Below the pieces are notes generated by a model. That model did no database searches and was not told the origin of the DNA. It saw only the letters and a list, made by a program, of their open reading frames with translations. Made by a program: the position numbers and the translations under genes. From Azolla caroliniana (taxonomy: Eukaryota > Plantae > Polypodiophyta), in contig JBHGNT010000018.1 of NCBI GenBank assembly GCA_043228905.1, positions 13,826,001 to 13,890,000 of the forward strand: a stretch of 64,000 bases of DNA, in the 5' to 3' direction. Within the stretch, counting starts at the first letter, position 1. Each line of letters begins with the position of its first letter. This document shows positions 1-11,243 of the stretch, piece after piece.

Positions 1-2268
1 ATACAGTTACATTGCCTTGTGCCCACTTTGGTGTCTCTCTCTTCTCCTTGTCTTCTCTCTGGTCTTGTCTCTGATTAAGTTGCTTTCACTCTTACAATCT
101 ATTACTGCTCGCTACCTACTTGAGATCTTCATAGGAAGATTGCTGATTCTTGTTCCACACATGATAGTTGGTTCCAACATATGGTATCAGAGCTTGGTGT
201 TTCGATTTTGCAACTAGTCGTCCTTTATCTCCATCAACAACTCATCTTTTGTCCCTTTTGAAGATCGTTTTTGGTATAATAGATTCCAAGATTTCAGTCC
301 TGCTAAAATCCCTTGTTTGGCAACTCCCTACAAGATCATTTTTCGCGAAGAGAAACAAATGACAAGTTTGCACTCCACTGTTCTAAATCACTGTTAATGT
401 AAGCTAGACGACTATAATTTGTTTTTGTGATTGTAGCTGCTCGGAGTGAGACTTCTTCATTGGACAGGCCATGCTTGTGCTTCATCTAGTTAGTTGACAA
501 TCGAATCTAGATCATCTGATGCTATTCACTTGCTCGTCGTAACCACTCAAAGAAAAGTCCGCCCTAGGAACAACCCCCATCAGTGCCTCACTTGACTACA
601 CGATGTTCAGGAGTACCAGTTAGTTCCATCCCTCTCATCGTTGTAGTCACTAGAAGCAGGATCGGCCTGGAGATCAGTACAATCGGCACATAATTTGTGA
701 TCGACATATTGAAATTGACAAACGGAATTAGATTAATAGTTAATTGTCCTCAATTCGGCTAAGTGATATCCGGGAAGACTAGTTAGCTATGTCCCTCCAC
801 TCACCGTAGCCACTCTGAGCAAGTTTAGTACCCACCTGTCATCCGAAATCCAATCAACTGACCAATCAGCGCATTCGCTTCGAACTCAGCTAGGTCGATT
901 GATTGTAGCCACCTCGGATAGAACCCGCCAATAGTCGAAGTCAATTCGACTCTTGTCCAAATTTGACTAGAACGATATCGGGTGAGCCAGTTGGTTGCAC
1001 CCCACCATAGTTTGTAGTCGACTCTGGACAAAGTCTAGTAAGCCAACACAGATGGCATCAACATCTAGCTCATCAGAGATGAGTCTAAGGAAGTTCGATG
1101 GATCAAACTTCAATTTCTGGAATGAACAGATGCAAGACTATCTAATAGTCAAGAGTCAGATCGACCCAATTAAGCCTAAAAACGATCCAGAAGGATACAA
1201 GCCGAATGAGTGGACAAAGCTATATCGAATTGTCCTAGCCACCATTCGGATGCACTTGTCGGAGTCAACACCCTTCACAGTGCAATCGTGTTTGATTGCC
1301 TTCCAACTATGGAAGACACTCTCGAATAGTTATGAAAATAAGGTCGCCACAACAAAGATATATATCTAATCTGGCGCCTCCACAACCTTCGGATGAAAGA
1401 ATCTGACTCTGTCTAGGCACACCTCAACGAGTATGAAAGCTTAAGCTCCCAAATTTCGGCTCAAGGGACGACAATCAAAGACAAATTAAAAGCAATGTTT
1501 CTTATGAGTTGTCTCCCTCCTCCTTGGGAAACTTTTGCCAGAACTGTGTGCAATGTGTCAACTACTACAATAAAATACTTTGAAGTCACAAGCTCAATCT
1601 TGGCTGAAGTAGCTCGGAGGAAATCGTTTGCAAACGATTTGGCTAGTGACGCGTATGTAGTACAAGGTTCGACCGACCGACCGAATAGTCGAGGAAGAAG
1701 TTCTTCCCAACTGCCGACAAATCAACGAAGCTAGAGCAATTCCCAAGATAATCGAACCTACAACTATTGCAAGAAACCCAGACATATCAAGGCTGATGAA
1801 CACGACATCCATGCTGACTTCTCATCAAGAGGGTGGACACTCCATAGGGGGAACCTCTTGCTTGCTTGAGGTCCGAAAGTACATTCATATTGTACCCGCT
1901 ATACGTCACACTCAGAGAGGGTGACTTGTTTCTGGTTGACATTCTTGTGTCATCGTTGTGGCATGGATGACTCGTACACCTTAGCAAGGCCGACATCACG
2001 CATTTATCTAGAGTCGGATACATCCCCAAACTCTCCTTCTTGTCCAATGCCCCATCAATCTCTTGGTGGTGCCTTGTATTTCGTCAGCTTTATTGACGAT
2101 TCGACTCCTAAGGTGTGGGCATATCCTATCAAAACCAAAGATCGGGTTTTTCTCGATCTTTTCCGAATGGCTCGCCATGGTAGAGAACCAGTTTGGTCAA
2201 AAGTTGAAATGCCTTTGAATTGACAACGGGGGAGAGTTTAAGCCTGAAGAATTCAACGAGAGGCATAC
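1..2268 (+). mobile_element. Ty1/Copia LTR retrotransposon A (end of 5' LTR, leader, decayed gag-pol), truncated in integrase by element B
   Basis: LTR ends CAACA at 179; PBS TGGTATCAGAGC follows at 182-193. Copia gag starts at 1052 (KFDGSNFNFW...MQDYL), with a decayed zinc knuckle near 1760-1790. Integrase motifs SLGGALYFVSFIDD and DNGGEF lie at 2050-2250. Many stops, frameshifts and internal deletions. Confidence 0.85.
182..193 (+). promoter_or_regulatory. Primer-binding site (tRNA-iMet) of Copia A
   Basis: TGGTATCAGAGC, 2 nt after the LTR terminal CA; the standard plant initiator tRNA-Met complement. Confidence 0.9.
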
Positions 2269-2834
2269 TGTTACTCCTTTCCTGGGGGAACACCTTCGAT
2301 TACTTCTCCTGAGTAATCGGGTCAAGGAATCGCGGCCGCATAAGAGACTAAGATAGGGCCGAGTAGGGGCTGAAATGTTACACTCTTGTGGGTTGGAAAC
2401 TTCGACGATTGGCTGCAACCGATTCGTACTCACGACTTATAGAACAGATAACACAATTGGAAATGGAATTGAAAATGAGATACGCATAGAGGTAGACCAA
2501 AAACATATACGTAATTGATTACTGAATAGGTAATACAATGGTAGTACAAACCGAGTAAAATCAGTATCGCTCACTCTCCCCTCTATAGATTTAGATTTCT
2601 TAGCTTACTCACTTTGGCTCGAATTTTTCTATCTTCCGTCTCCCCTACGCCTTATAGCTCTTTTCTTTATCGGTGCACTCCAACTACTCTCTCTTGATTC
2701 TCAGCCTATGTTTTCGGTACTTTTCCCCTCGATTGCTAGTGCTTGACTTCTTTTATCTTGACCTATTTGTCCCCTTTCACATTTTACTTTTACGATCCTT
2801 TTCACACCTTAGTCTTATTGTCCCACGGATAACA
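2269..2834 (-). repeat. 3' LTR of element B
   Basis: TGTTA/TAACA termini; adjacent 41-nt motif (2835-2875) is shared with the sequence preceding the 3' LTR of D. Confidence 0.7.
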
Positions 2835-3626
2835 CCTGTCATGCCCGTGGGACATTGCCTTGCACGTCGAATCCAAAAATCAACCAAAGAAATCGAAAAA
2901 TTGAAATTATTGCCATCCGTAATGAAAGAAGCAGCAACAATATTTTATGATACACTATTCTTGTTCCAAAATTACCCGAAGGCCCTCCTCTTGTCTTAGC
3001 TCGTTTGGTTTGAGTGTGGCCGAAAGATCTAACCCTTGGTTTGCCAACTTCGGAGCAACCTCTTGGGCGTCGTCTGGTTGAGTTGCCTCCTCCTGCTTTG
3101 ACTCATTTGGTTGAAGCTCGAGCGATTACCCTAACCATTGGTTTGCAACCTCTGCCATAACTTCAGTGCCTCCCTCCTCCTGCTTTGGCTCTGTGTCCTG
3201 TTTGGCCACCGGTTCGATCTCCTAGTCCAGGCGCGTCACATCTTCTACTTTCGGCTCTTGTGTTGCACCTTCAGGCAACACTTCTACTGATGCTTGTGCC
3301 ACGGCTTCAACTTCCTTCTCAGTTTGGTGGCGCTCGTCTCATATCCTTCCATTTCAATGGCAAGCAACAATTGATCATCATTGAATTCCTCAAGGAGGTT
3401 TCTAATGGACGTGGTGTGTGTACACGCCAAGGCTTGGAATTCCTCGGTGAGGTCTTCGTGGAGAATCTGAATGCTATTCTTGTCCATTTTGTAAAATCCG
3501 CCGCCCTCCTTTTTTCAATTTTCGGCATTTGCTCGGAAGAGTTGTAATTCGGCTGCTTGAATTGACCAATCTTTCCAACTCTGAGTGAGTGCAACTTCGA
3601 CCTTTAGATTCAGGTTCTGTCAGTGT

Positions 3627-4073
3627 TGTTACGGGCATGACCATATAATATCCCGTGGTGAGAATTTACCGTAGTATTCTATACATGTGGATAAGTGTGA
3701 GGGTTAAACGAGAGTGCAAAGAAGGGGAGGATCACTTTTAATCCTCGAGATTGAGAAAACCCATTAGGCCAATTGCGAACTTGCCTGGGGGCGTTGGGTC
3801 TCGCTATAAATATGAGACCTAGCTACCCTCATTTGATGATCTCTTGACTACATCAACACTCTGTTTCATGGTGGCTCAACTCTTGTAGCGAGCGTGCCAA
3901 CACTAGGTACGACTCGACGCCACCATGGTGGTATGGGATGCCAATCGAGGCTCGAGTTTGTCTCGATCCCTTCGCTCAAGAGTGGTGGGGTGGATCAACA
4001 CCCTTCTTTCTCTCTCTCCTTTCTTATTTCATATATCCTTATCATATGCTTACGTTAGATCATAACTCTAACA
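3627..4073 (+). repeat. 5' LTR of chromovirus C
   Basis: Aligns by eye with 39735-40151; TATAAATA near 3805. Confidence 0.9.
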
Positions 4074-4079
4074 GTTGGT

Positions 4080-4516
4080 TGTTGGCCGGTTAGACTAGAG
4101 TATGAAAGGGGAGCCGGTTTTGGGAGTTGTAATTAGATAAATTATGATAATTATAAGATCGGATGGACGGACCCGGAATTAGTATGTCGATCCGGATCTG
4201 GACCGGTTCGTAGCCGGTTGCCGGTTGGCACCGGTTTGTAACACATCCAAATACCTATAAAAGGTTTCGGAGACGATGTAATTAACAATGGATAATTAAT
4301 AGAGAAGTGTTGCGGCTTTACGTATTGTTCTTGTTAATACCATTCTGTGCTTAATGTGATTATCATACGTGTGTATCAAGTTACTTCATTCCGGATAGTA
4401 ACCGGGAAGGATCGGTTCTGTATTACGGTTTGTACATTCCTTACCGTAACACCCCTTTGGTGAAGTGTTCCAAAGGGACACCCTGTGTTAGTGGCTTGTC
4501 CCACCCAGTAACAACA
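4080..4516 (+). repeat. 5' LTR of Gypsy D
   Basis: Colinear with 31354-31793. Confidence 0.92.
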
Positions 4517-4947
4517 CAGTTTTGGCAGCCACGATTCCTGCAAAAAGCGTAGTGAACAACTGGGGAATAGATGAATAGACCAACCAACAACCTAGTGGCC
4601 GAGCGAGCGAGAAGACTCGCCGAGAGACTGTAGAAGCAAGAGGCTTACCAACAGGCGGCGGAGGAGATCCGGTTGGATCGGTCTTTTTCCAGAGTGATTC
4701 GGCGGGTCGTGGAGGAGTCACTCCGATTGCAACAGAACCACCACCCGGATGAAGGAAGTAGTTTGAGCAGTTTGCAGGAAGCGGAGTCCATTCTATCGAC
4801 ACTTACCGCAAGAGACGACGGTTTGGAAGCGTTCTCCGCCATCGAATTTGATTCGGACGACAAACACAACGTCCAATAGAATTATCGTAGTAGCCATGAT
4901 ATCCTAGATGACCCGGAAGACGACGAGTCGGACCACATACCAAGTCC

Positions 4948-5692
4948 CATAATTGTTTACGTACCCGTATTTAACGTTTAAATACGTATAGTACCTCATA
5001 ATTTGTATAGTACATACTATACCTCAATGTTGTTCAGTCAAATATCATGTACATTTGTCCAATACGTACATTTGAAAAAACAGGTATAATACGTATTTAT
5101 AAAAAAATGTAAGTAAAACCCCAACAAAAAGCAAAAGAAAAAAAAGATTTTAGTGAAAAAGAAGAATAGAAGAGATGATGAGGACGACGAAGAAGGAGAA
5201 GAAGAAGAAGAAGAAGAGAGAAAAGAAGAGAGAAAAGAAGAGAGAAACCTATCCTGAGTGTGATAATCGTAGACTATTCCTCAATCTATGAAGCCATAAT
5301 CGTAAATAATTACAATTTGAAATAGAATATCGTGATACACACTTATACTGATTTATAGAATAAGTGAATGTTGACATCCATATTATAAGTGTTTTAGGAT
5401 GTGAAATGTTCAAATGTCTTATATGCATTTTAGGATGTAGAACTATAATGTACATCACAAAATTGTGTAAACATAGATGCTTTGTACAATATTACAAATA
5501 TATTTTAGAAAAGTAATCATTTTCAAATTCTTGAAGTATTTAACATACTATATGTAAACTACATATTTTATAAGTATTTAACATATTAAACAACGTATTT
5601 AACGTATTTTTAAATTGGGAGGTACTATACACGTATTAATACGTTATATATGTATGGTATCCGTACCGTATCTAACGTACCTAACAACCTTG
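4948..5692. mobile_element. Non-autonomous hAT-like element (internally deleted) inside D
   Basis: AT-rich insert with imperfect TIRs (CATAATTGTT / revcomp CAAGGTTGTT) resembling the hAT end CATGGTTGT. Subterminal CGTATT/AATACG clusters as in 9811-14543. No 8-bp TSD found. Confidence 0.6.
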
Positions 5693-5955
5693 ATACTGAC
5701 ATTGGAGCTGGAAACAACAAAACTAGAGCCGGCGACAACAAAACCACAACCAGTTACAACAAAACCGGAAGCTCCGGACAAAACGATCGGCATAGACCAT
5801 TAAGAGGAGGAGCGAGTTCCGACACCACAACCTGAGTCACCGACGGAACATGAGGAGCGAGTTTTGACACCGGCCCTGGCAACACAAGAAGACAACGACA
5901 CAATGCCTTACCAATATCCGAGGTATCAGGGTGACCTGGATGTGGAAGCCCACGT

Positions 5956-6751
5956 TGTCGTAGTGTAATTTACACACTACGAGGAAATTGCATTTTGTCC
6001 ATCCGGATAGAGAATGAAATACCCGGTGAGAACCGGACGAAGAGGAACCGGCAAGGAGGAATCGGCAAGGAAGAGCCGGATGAAGAAGGCCGGTGAGCGT
6101 CTCTTACGGGATGAAGAGACACAATTGTAAATAAAAGAAACATTAAAATTTCTGTTACGTGCATAGGGCAGGATTCGAACGCTGCACCTCCAGCCTTACC
6201 ATTATACTAACTTATTCTGAGTGTTTCAAATATAGATTTAATACGTATAAAACCTTTATTTTCGCCTACCTTTATTAAAAGGTAAGTCATGCATTTTAGA
6301 ATGCGTGAAAACTTTATTTATATGCACACTAATAAAATTTCTCATGCACATCTAGCGGGCATGAATGCTAAATTTAGGAAATCGTAGTGGGAAAAGAAAA
6401 GCATGCAAATTTAGAGAGCATAAACACTTTAGAAAAGCAAGAAGCTATGCTTAGCCTCTCCCGTCCTTATATAAGGAGGAGAGAAAGATGTATAAGGGTT
6501 GGTTATTTTTGGATTAAGTATTGATCAATATAAAAATTATTCGTGGGATTCACGATTTATGCATCTACTTCTTTCTTAACAACCTAAGTACCAATTAATA
6601 TAGTATACTCGTGTGATTCACGAGTTTCTTATCTTTCTCTTTGCTATCTACTCATAATTAATCTCTATCTCACGATCTCCTTTCTCCTAGTCCAAAACCC
6701 CAGCGGTTCCCACCCGACTCACGTAACGATCCGCCGCCAAGAGGCACGACA
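5956..6751 (+). repeat. 5' LTR of Gypsy E (796 bp)
   Basis: Nearly identical to 22619-23436. Confidence 0.95.
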
Positions 6752-6755
6752 CAAG

Positions 6756-6773
6756 TGGTGAACCCGACGTGAA
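6756..6773 (+). promoter_or_regulatory. Primer-binding site complementary to the 3' end of plant tRNA-Trp
   Basis: TGGTGAACCCGACGTGAA is the reverse complement of TTCACGTCGGGTTCACCA (tRNA-Trp sequence recalled from memory). Confidence 0.8.
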
Positions 6774-9700
6774 AACGGGTGGCAAGGAGATGGAGAATCA
6801 ACAAGCTAACAATATGATGGCGATGTTCGAGCGGATGCTACAAGAACAACGCGCGATGTCAGAGATTTCAACAGTAGTAGAGCGGCTCGTGCAACGCAAC
6901 GGGCAATTCAACGGTAAGGATGTGTCGCGATATTTGTAGGACTACAAGGCAGAGATGCTCCGGTGCCGGATTTCGGAAGGACTGCAAGTGACATCCTTCA
7001 ACCGGGTGGTGACCGACGGGCTTCAAGGGAGTATCCACGGGTTACAACAGCAAAATCCGACGTGGGAAGCATTTGAAGAAGCGTTAAAGACCATGTTCGC
7101 CATCGAGGACTCCTCCAAGGCAACGCGGAGGGGATTCGAAGATTGGGTGAAAACGCCAGGTAAGGGGCTGAAGGTCTTCGAAGTGTTTTCGTCATTCGAA
7201 AGTCGGTTCGAGGGGTTGTCCGCGAGAGATCAAACTATTCTTGTACCGGACAAAGTCATCATGTTTTTGCGAGCTGTGGACGTCCGGGACGGAAAGATCT
7301 CGGAGTGCTTCTGGAGGACACGACCACCGAAAATGGCCTCATCGAAACGTGGGAAAGCGTGCGGGATATCGTCACGCGATACACGAAGAGGGGGCAGTGG
7401 CTTGCTAATGGAGAGAAGAGGGTTTCGGAACCGATTCCGAAACCGAGATCCGGATTGGAGGACCATCAACTGTGGGCTCGAGAGACTACGACCGAGAAGG
7501 GGATTGACGCAACCACAGTGGAGCAGTTGTTGAAATATATGGAGAATCTGAAAATCGCAATGATGAAGAAGTCGGGAGACCGTCCCACAAACTCCAAGTA
7601 TATGGACCGTCGATGTATATGGTGTGATAGCACCGAACACGATCGGAGGGATTGCGACGAGCACAAGGAGGCGTTATGATGGGATCTTATCTACTACGAG
7701 GGAAATCGGATTCATTCGATGGACTCTCGGAAGCCACTCCGACCGAACTTCTGGAAAGGCGGCATGAAGAAGGTTCTAGAGGAGGAAATAGCGTTAAAAG
7801 GTAATTATGCGACAATCGCGGGAATAAGTGTGGGTGAGTCGTCGGGAGCAAAGGCATCTTTTTGGCCAGATATGCTAGAAAACCCCGAGAAAACCGACTC
7901 CAATGAGATCCAGAGCACCGCGGAAAGCATCTGTGAAGCTACAGGATGGGAGTGCCCCGTGGATAAGAATAGCGTGTTTGCTTTATGCCAATTGCATGAA
8001 GTGTATGTAGATGAGAAGCGACGACGCACGGATGAGGCGGCCGGTCCATCGAAGATACCGGAAAGCTAGAACTCCGGCGGTAAGGGAAAAGAAAAGATGA
8101 TTCCGGCATTCAAGCTTGCCTCGGACATCGAACAACAAACGGACTTGAAAAAGGTGTTTGAGGAGAGAATCCTCGATAGCCGGGTAGATTTTTCGCTTCG
8201 AGAATTACTCGGAATAGCGAAGGAGTTCCATGATCTTCTTGTGGATCTCGTGAAGAGAAAAAGGCAAAGTACGGAGGAGAACGCTCCAAGGGTGAATGCA
8301 AATACCGTTCTAATGAATGACACTGAATTGGAGGATGAAATACCGAATTCTCACTACACAAAGCCACACTGGGCACGCGCAACTACGGAGACTCCGGTCC
8401 GAATTGGTAACATCAAAGAGCCCGTGCTAGCATTGATTGATCACGGATCGGAGATCAACTTGATGTCCAAGGAGTTCTACTGGAAGGGTAAGTGGCCTAT
8501 TAACACGAATCATGGGTGGAAGATCCGGGCAGCCACTAAAGCAACGGAAGAGCTATTTGCGGCTTGTCCGGATGTGATGGTGAAGATCGGGGATGTGGAG
8601 ATAGACCAAAATTTCTTCGTGCAAGATGAGGTCTCACACTCCGTGATCCTCGGGCAACCCTTTATCACGGCTTCACGGATGGAGACAAAGGTGCTCGATA
8701 GCGGTGCGGCTTTTGCACGAATTCGGAGCCAAAACGGAGGGAAATCTATCCAATTCCTAACTGTGTCGGCAAATCATGAAAGGAACAAGAGGGAGCTCTT
8801 GTCCCAAATGGACTGTTGTGGAGTGGGGAAGTGATAGTCCGAGAAGCCCTGATACCCCACACAGGAAGAAGACTCTCGGAGCAAAACAAGTACGAATCGG
8901 TCCGGATGGGGCATCAACGTACGCAGCCGTAGCCGGAGGAATGAAGAAAGAATACAGAAAGGTAGAGAGTAAGTTACGGTCGGCATCAATAATAAAAGAA
9001 GATGAAGAAATCGTGGGGGTAGTCGAAGAAGTGTTCTATGGGAGCATGCTACAACGGCTTGAAGAGCTTGTGGAGGGTAAAAACCAAGAAGACCAGGTAG
9101 TCCTGGTGGAATCGGTCGAGATGTATGAGATCATTGCGAAAATGGGGCTGGATGCGTTCTGCAAAGAAGAAGTAATGGTAAGTACGAAATACAAGACCGT
9201 GGAGAAGAAAATGAAACCGGCCATAGGACCACTACCCGCCAATAGCGAACAAAAGAGGAAAGAAGTCTTGGGAGATCCAACACTTCGAAAGTCCGTGGAT
9301 ATCAGACATGCCTTCTCGGATGAGACCCGGAAGAAACTTTGGATCGGTGGAGGTGGTTTCCTCTCACAAGAAGAAGAAGAACGGTTTCGTGAGATGCTGG
9401 AACAACATGGAAAAGCATTTGCATTCACATTGAAGGAGATAGGGTGCGTTGATCCGAAGATAGTGGAGCCGATGGTGATCTTCACGATTGACCATGTGCC
9501 GTGGAGCCTGAAGCTGATTCCGGTGCCGCGGGCGCATATTCCCAAAGTCATCGACTTGCTCAAGGAGAAGGTGGCGATGGGGATTCTAGAGCCATCAAAC
9601 GCTCCGTACTCAAATCGATGGTTTACGGTTCCGAAGAAGAATGGGTCACTCCGATTTATCCAAGACTTGCAACCGGTGAACAAGGTCACGATTCGGAATT

Positions 9701-10129
9701 CCGGAGTCGGTCCGATAGTGGACGAATTTGCGGAAGCATTTGCCGGTCGCGCGATATACTCCATCGGAGACCTATGCTCCGGATATGACCAATTCCAACT
9801 AGCCGTAGAACTTTGTTGTTAAAAAACGCGTATTTTACCCATAGAGTACGGTTTAGAATACCCACACGTATTCTAAATGTATTCTACCTTTTGGAACTGT
9901 CATTTTTTTATGAGCCTAAATTTGTAAATAATTAAAAATAATAATTTTGTAGGGCTTTTTTTAGTAGTGAAATCAGAAAAAGTAAAGAATTGGGGGTTTT
10001 TTGTTTTGACTCACTACTGTCTTCATTTTGTAGCCTAAAGGTTTTTACGCAGGTCTTTAGAAGCAGCCTGCAGGAAGGAAGCATAGTTTTAGTTCATTTT
10101 CAAAGAATCAAAGGTAATTTCGTCATAAT

Positions 10130-11170
10130 ATATGTGCATGTATGAATAATTTTGGTCTGTTTATGCCCAAATGGAATGTGGATTAAAATATGTTTTGAGG
10201 GTCTCAAAACAGAAAATATTTCAGAATATTTAGAAAACTCTGAATTTGAAATAGATTTTCCATGGAATCTAGATTAAGTAACATACATTATTGAGAAAGA
10301 GGGCTGAAATTCAAATTTCCATTATGTTATGACTTCCCCATAACTTAATTAACTTATTAAGTAACATATAGGGAGACGATATTAAGTATTTACCATAGAT
10401 TAGCATGCATATTACATATGCATCATGCATGTTTGAAATTTGAATGATTTATGTGTGGTTATGCCCAAATGCAAGTAGATTAAGTATATGTCTTGCATAT
10501 TTAAGAATATTTTAGAAAATAGTAAATACTCTTAAATAGATTTGAAATTTTCTAAAGGATCGATTAAGTAGCATATATATTTGAGAAAGAGGGCTAGAAT
10601 TTCCATTATGTGATTACTTTCCCGTATAGTTAATTAACTTATTAAGTAACATATATGGATATGATATTAAAGTAATTAGGTCATAGAATAATAATATACA
10701 AATGCACGTTTGAAATTTCAATGATTTCTATTTGTTTATGCCCAAATGCAAGTGGATTAAAATGTAATTAGAAAGAGCTCTGAAAATTTTCGTTATGTGA
10801 TGACTTCTATGTGTTTTTGCCCAAATGCAAGTGGATTAAAATCTAATTGAGAAAGAGGGCTGAAATTTTCGTTATGTAATAGATAATTAACTTATTAACT
10901 AACATATATGGAGGTGATATTAAAGTAATTACCATAGAATAGTTTATGGTTAAAATCATCATGGATTCATGAATAATTTATGGTTAAAATCATATGTTTA
11001 AATCATATACATTGTGACATTGTGGATTCAATGTTCATGAATAATTTATAGTTAAAATCATATGTTTAATGATATACATATGTCATCTTCGCATTGTGAA
11101 TTCATGACTAATTTCTTGTTAAATTCATATGTTTAAATGATATACATAATCACATTGTGGATTCATGAAT
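10130..11170. repeat. Degenerate direct repeats in the hAT 5' non-coding region
   Basis: TGCCCAAATG(C/G)AA(G)TGGATTAA occurs four times (about 10164, 10462, 10739, 10818), each followed by a GAAAGAG(G)GCT unit; then repeated GGATTCATGAATAATTTA..GTTAAAATCAT units. Confidence 0.7.
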
Positions 11171-11243
11171 CTAGGACAATATATATAAAAGACAACTCTC
11201 GAGTCTCTAGAATTCGATATTAGTGGTCACCAATTAAGCAACT

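Noticed and set aside
9036-9764. 242-aa antisense ORF and similar shadow ORFs over pol regions
   Set aside because: Mirror frames of retroelement coding sequence with no independent motifs.
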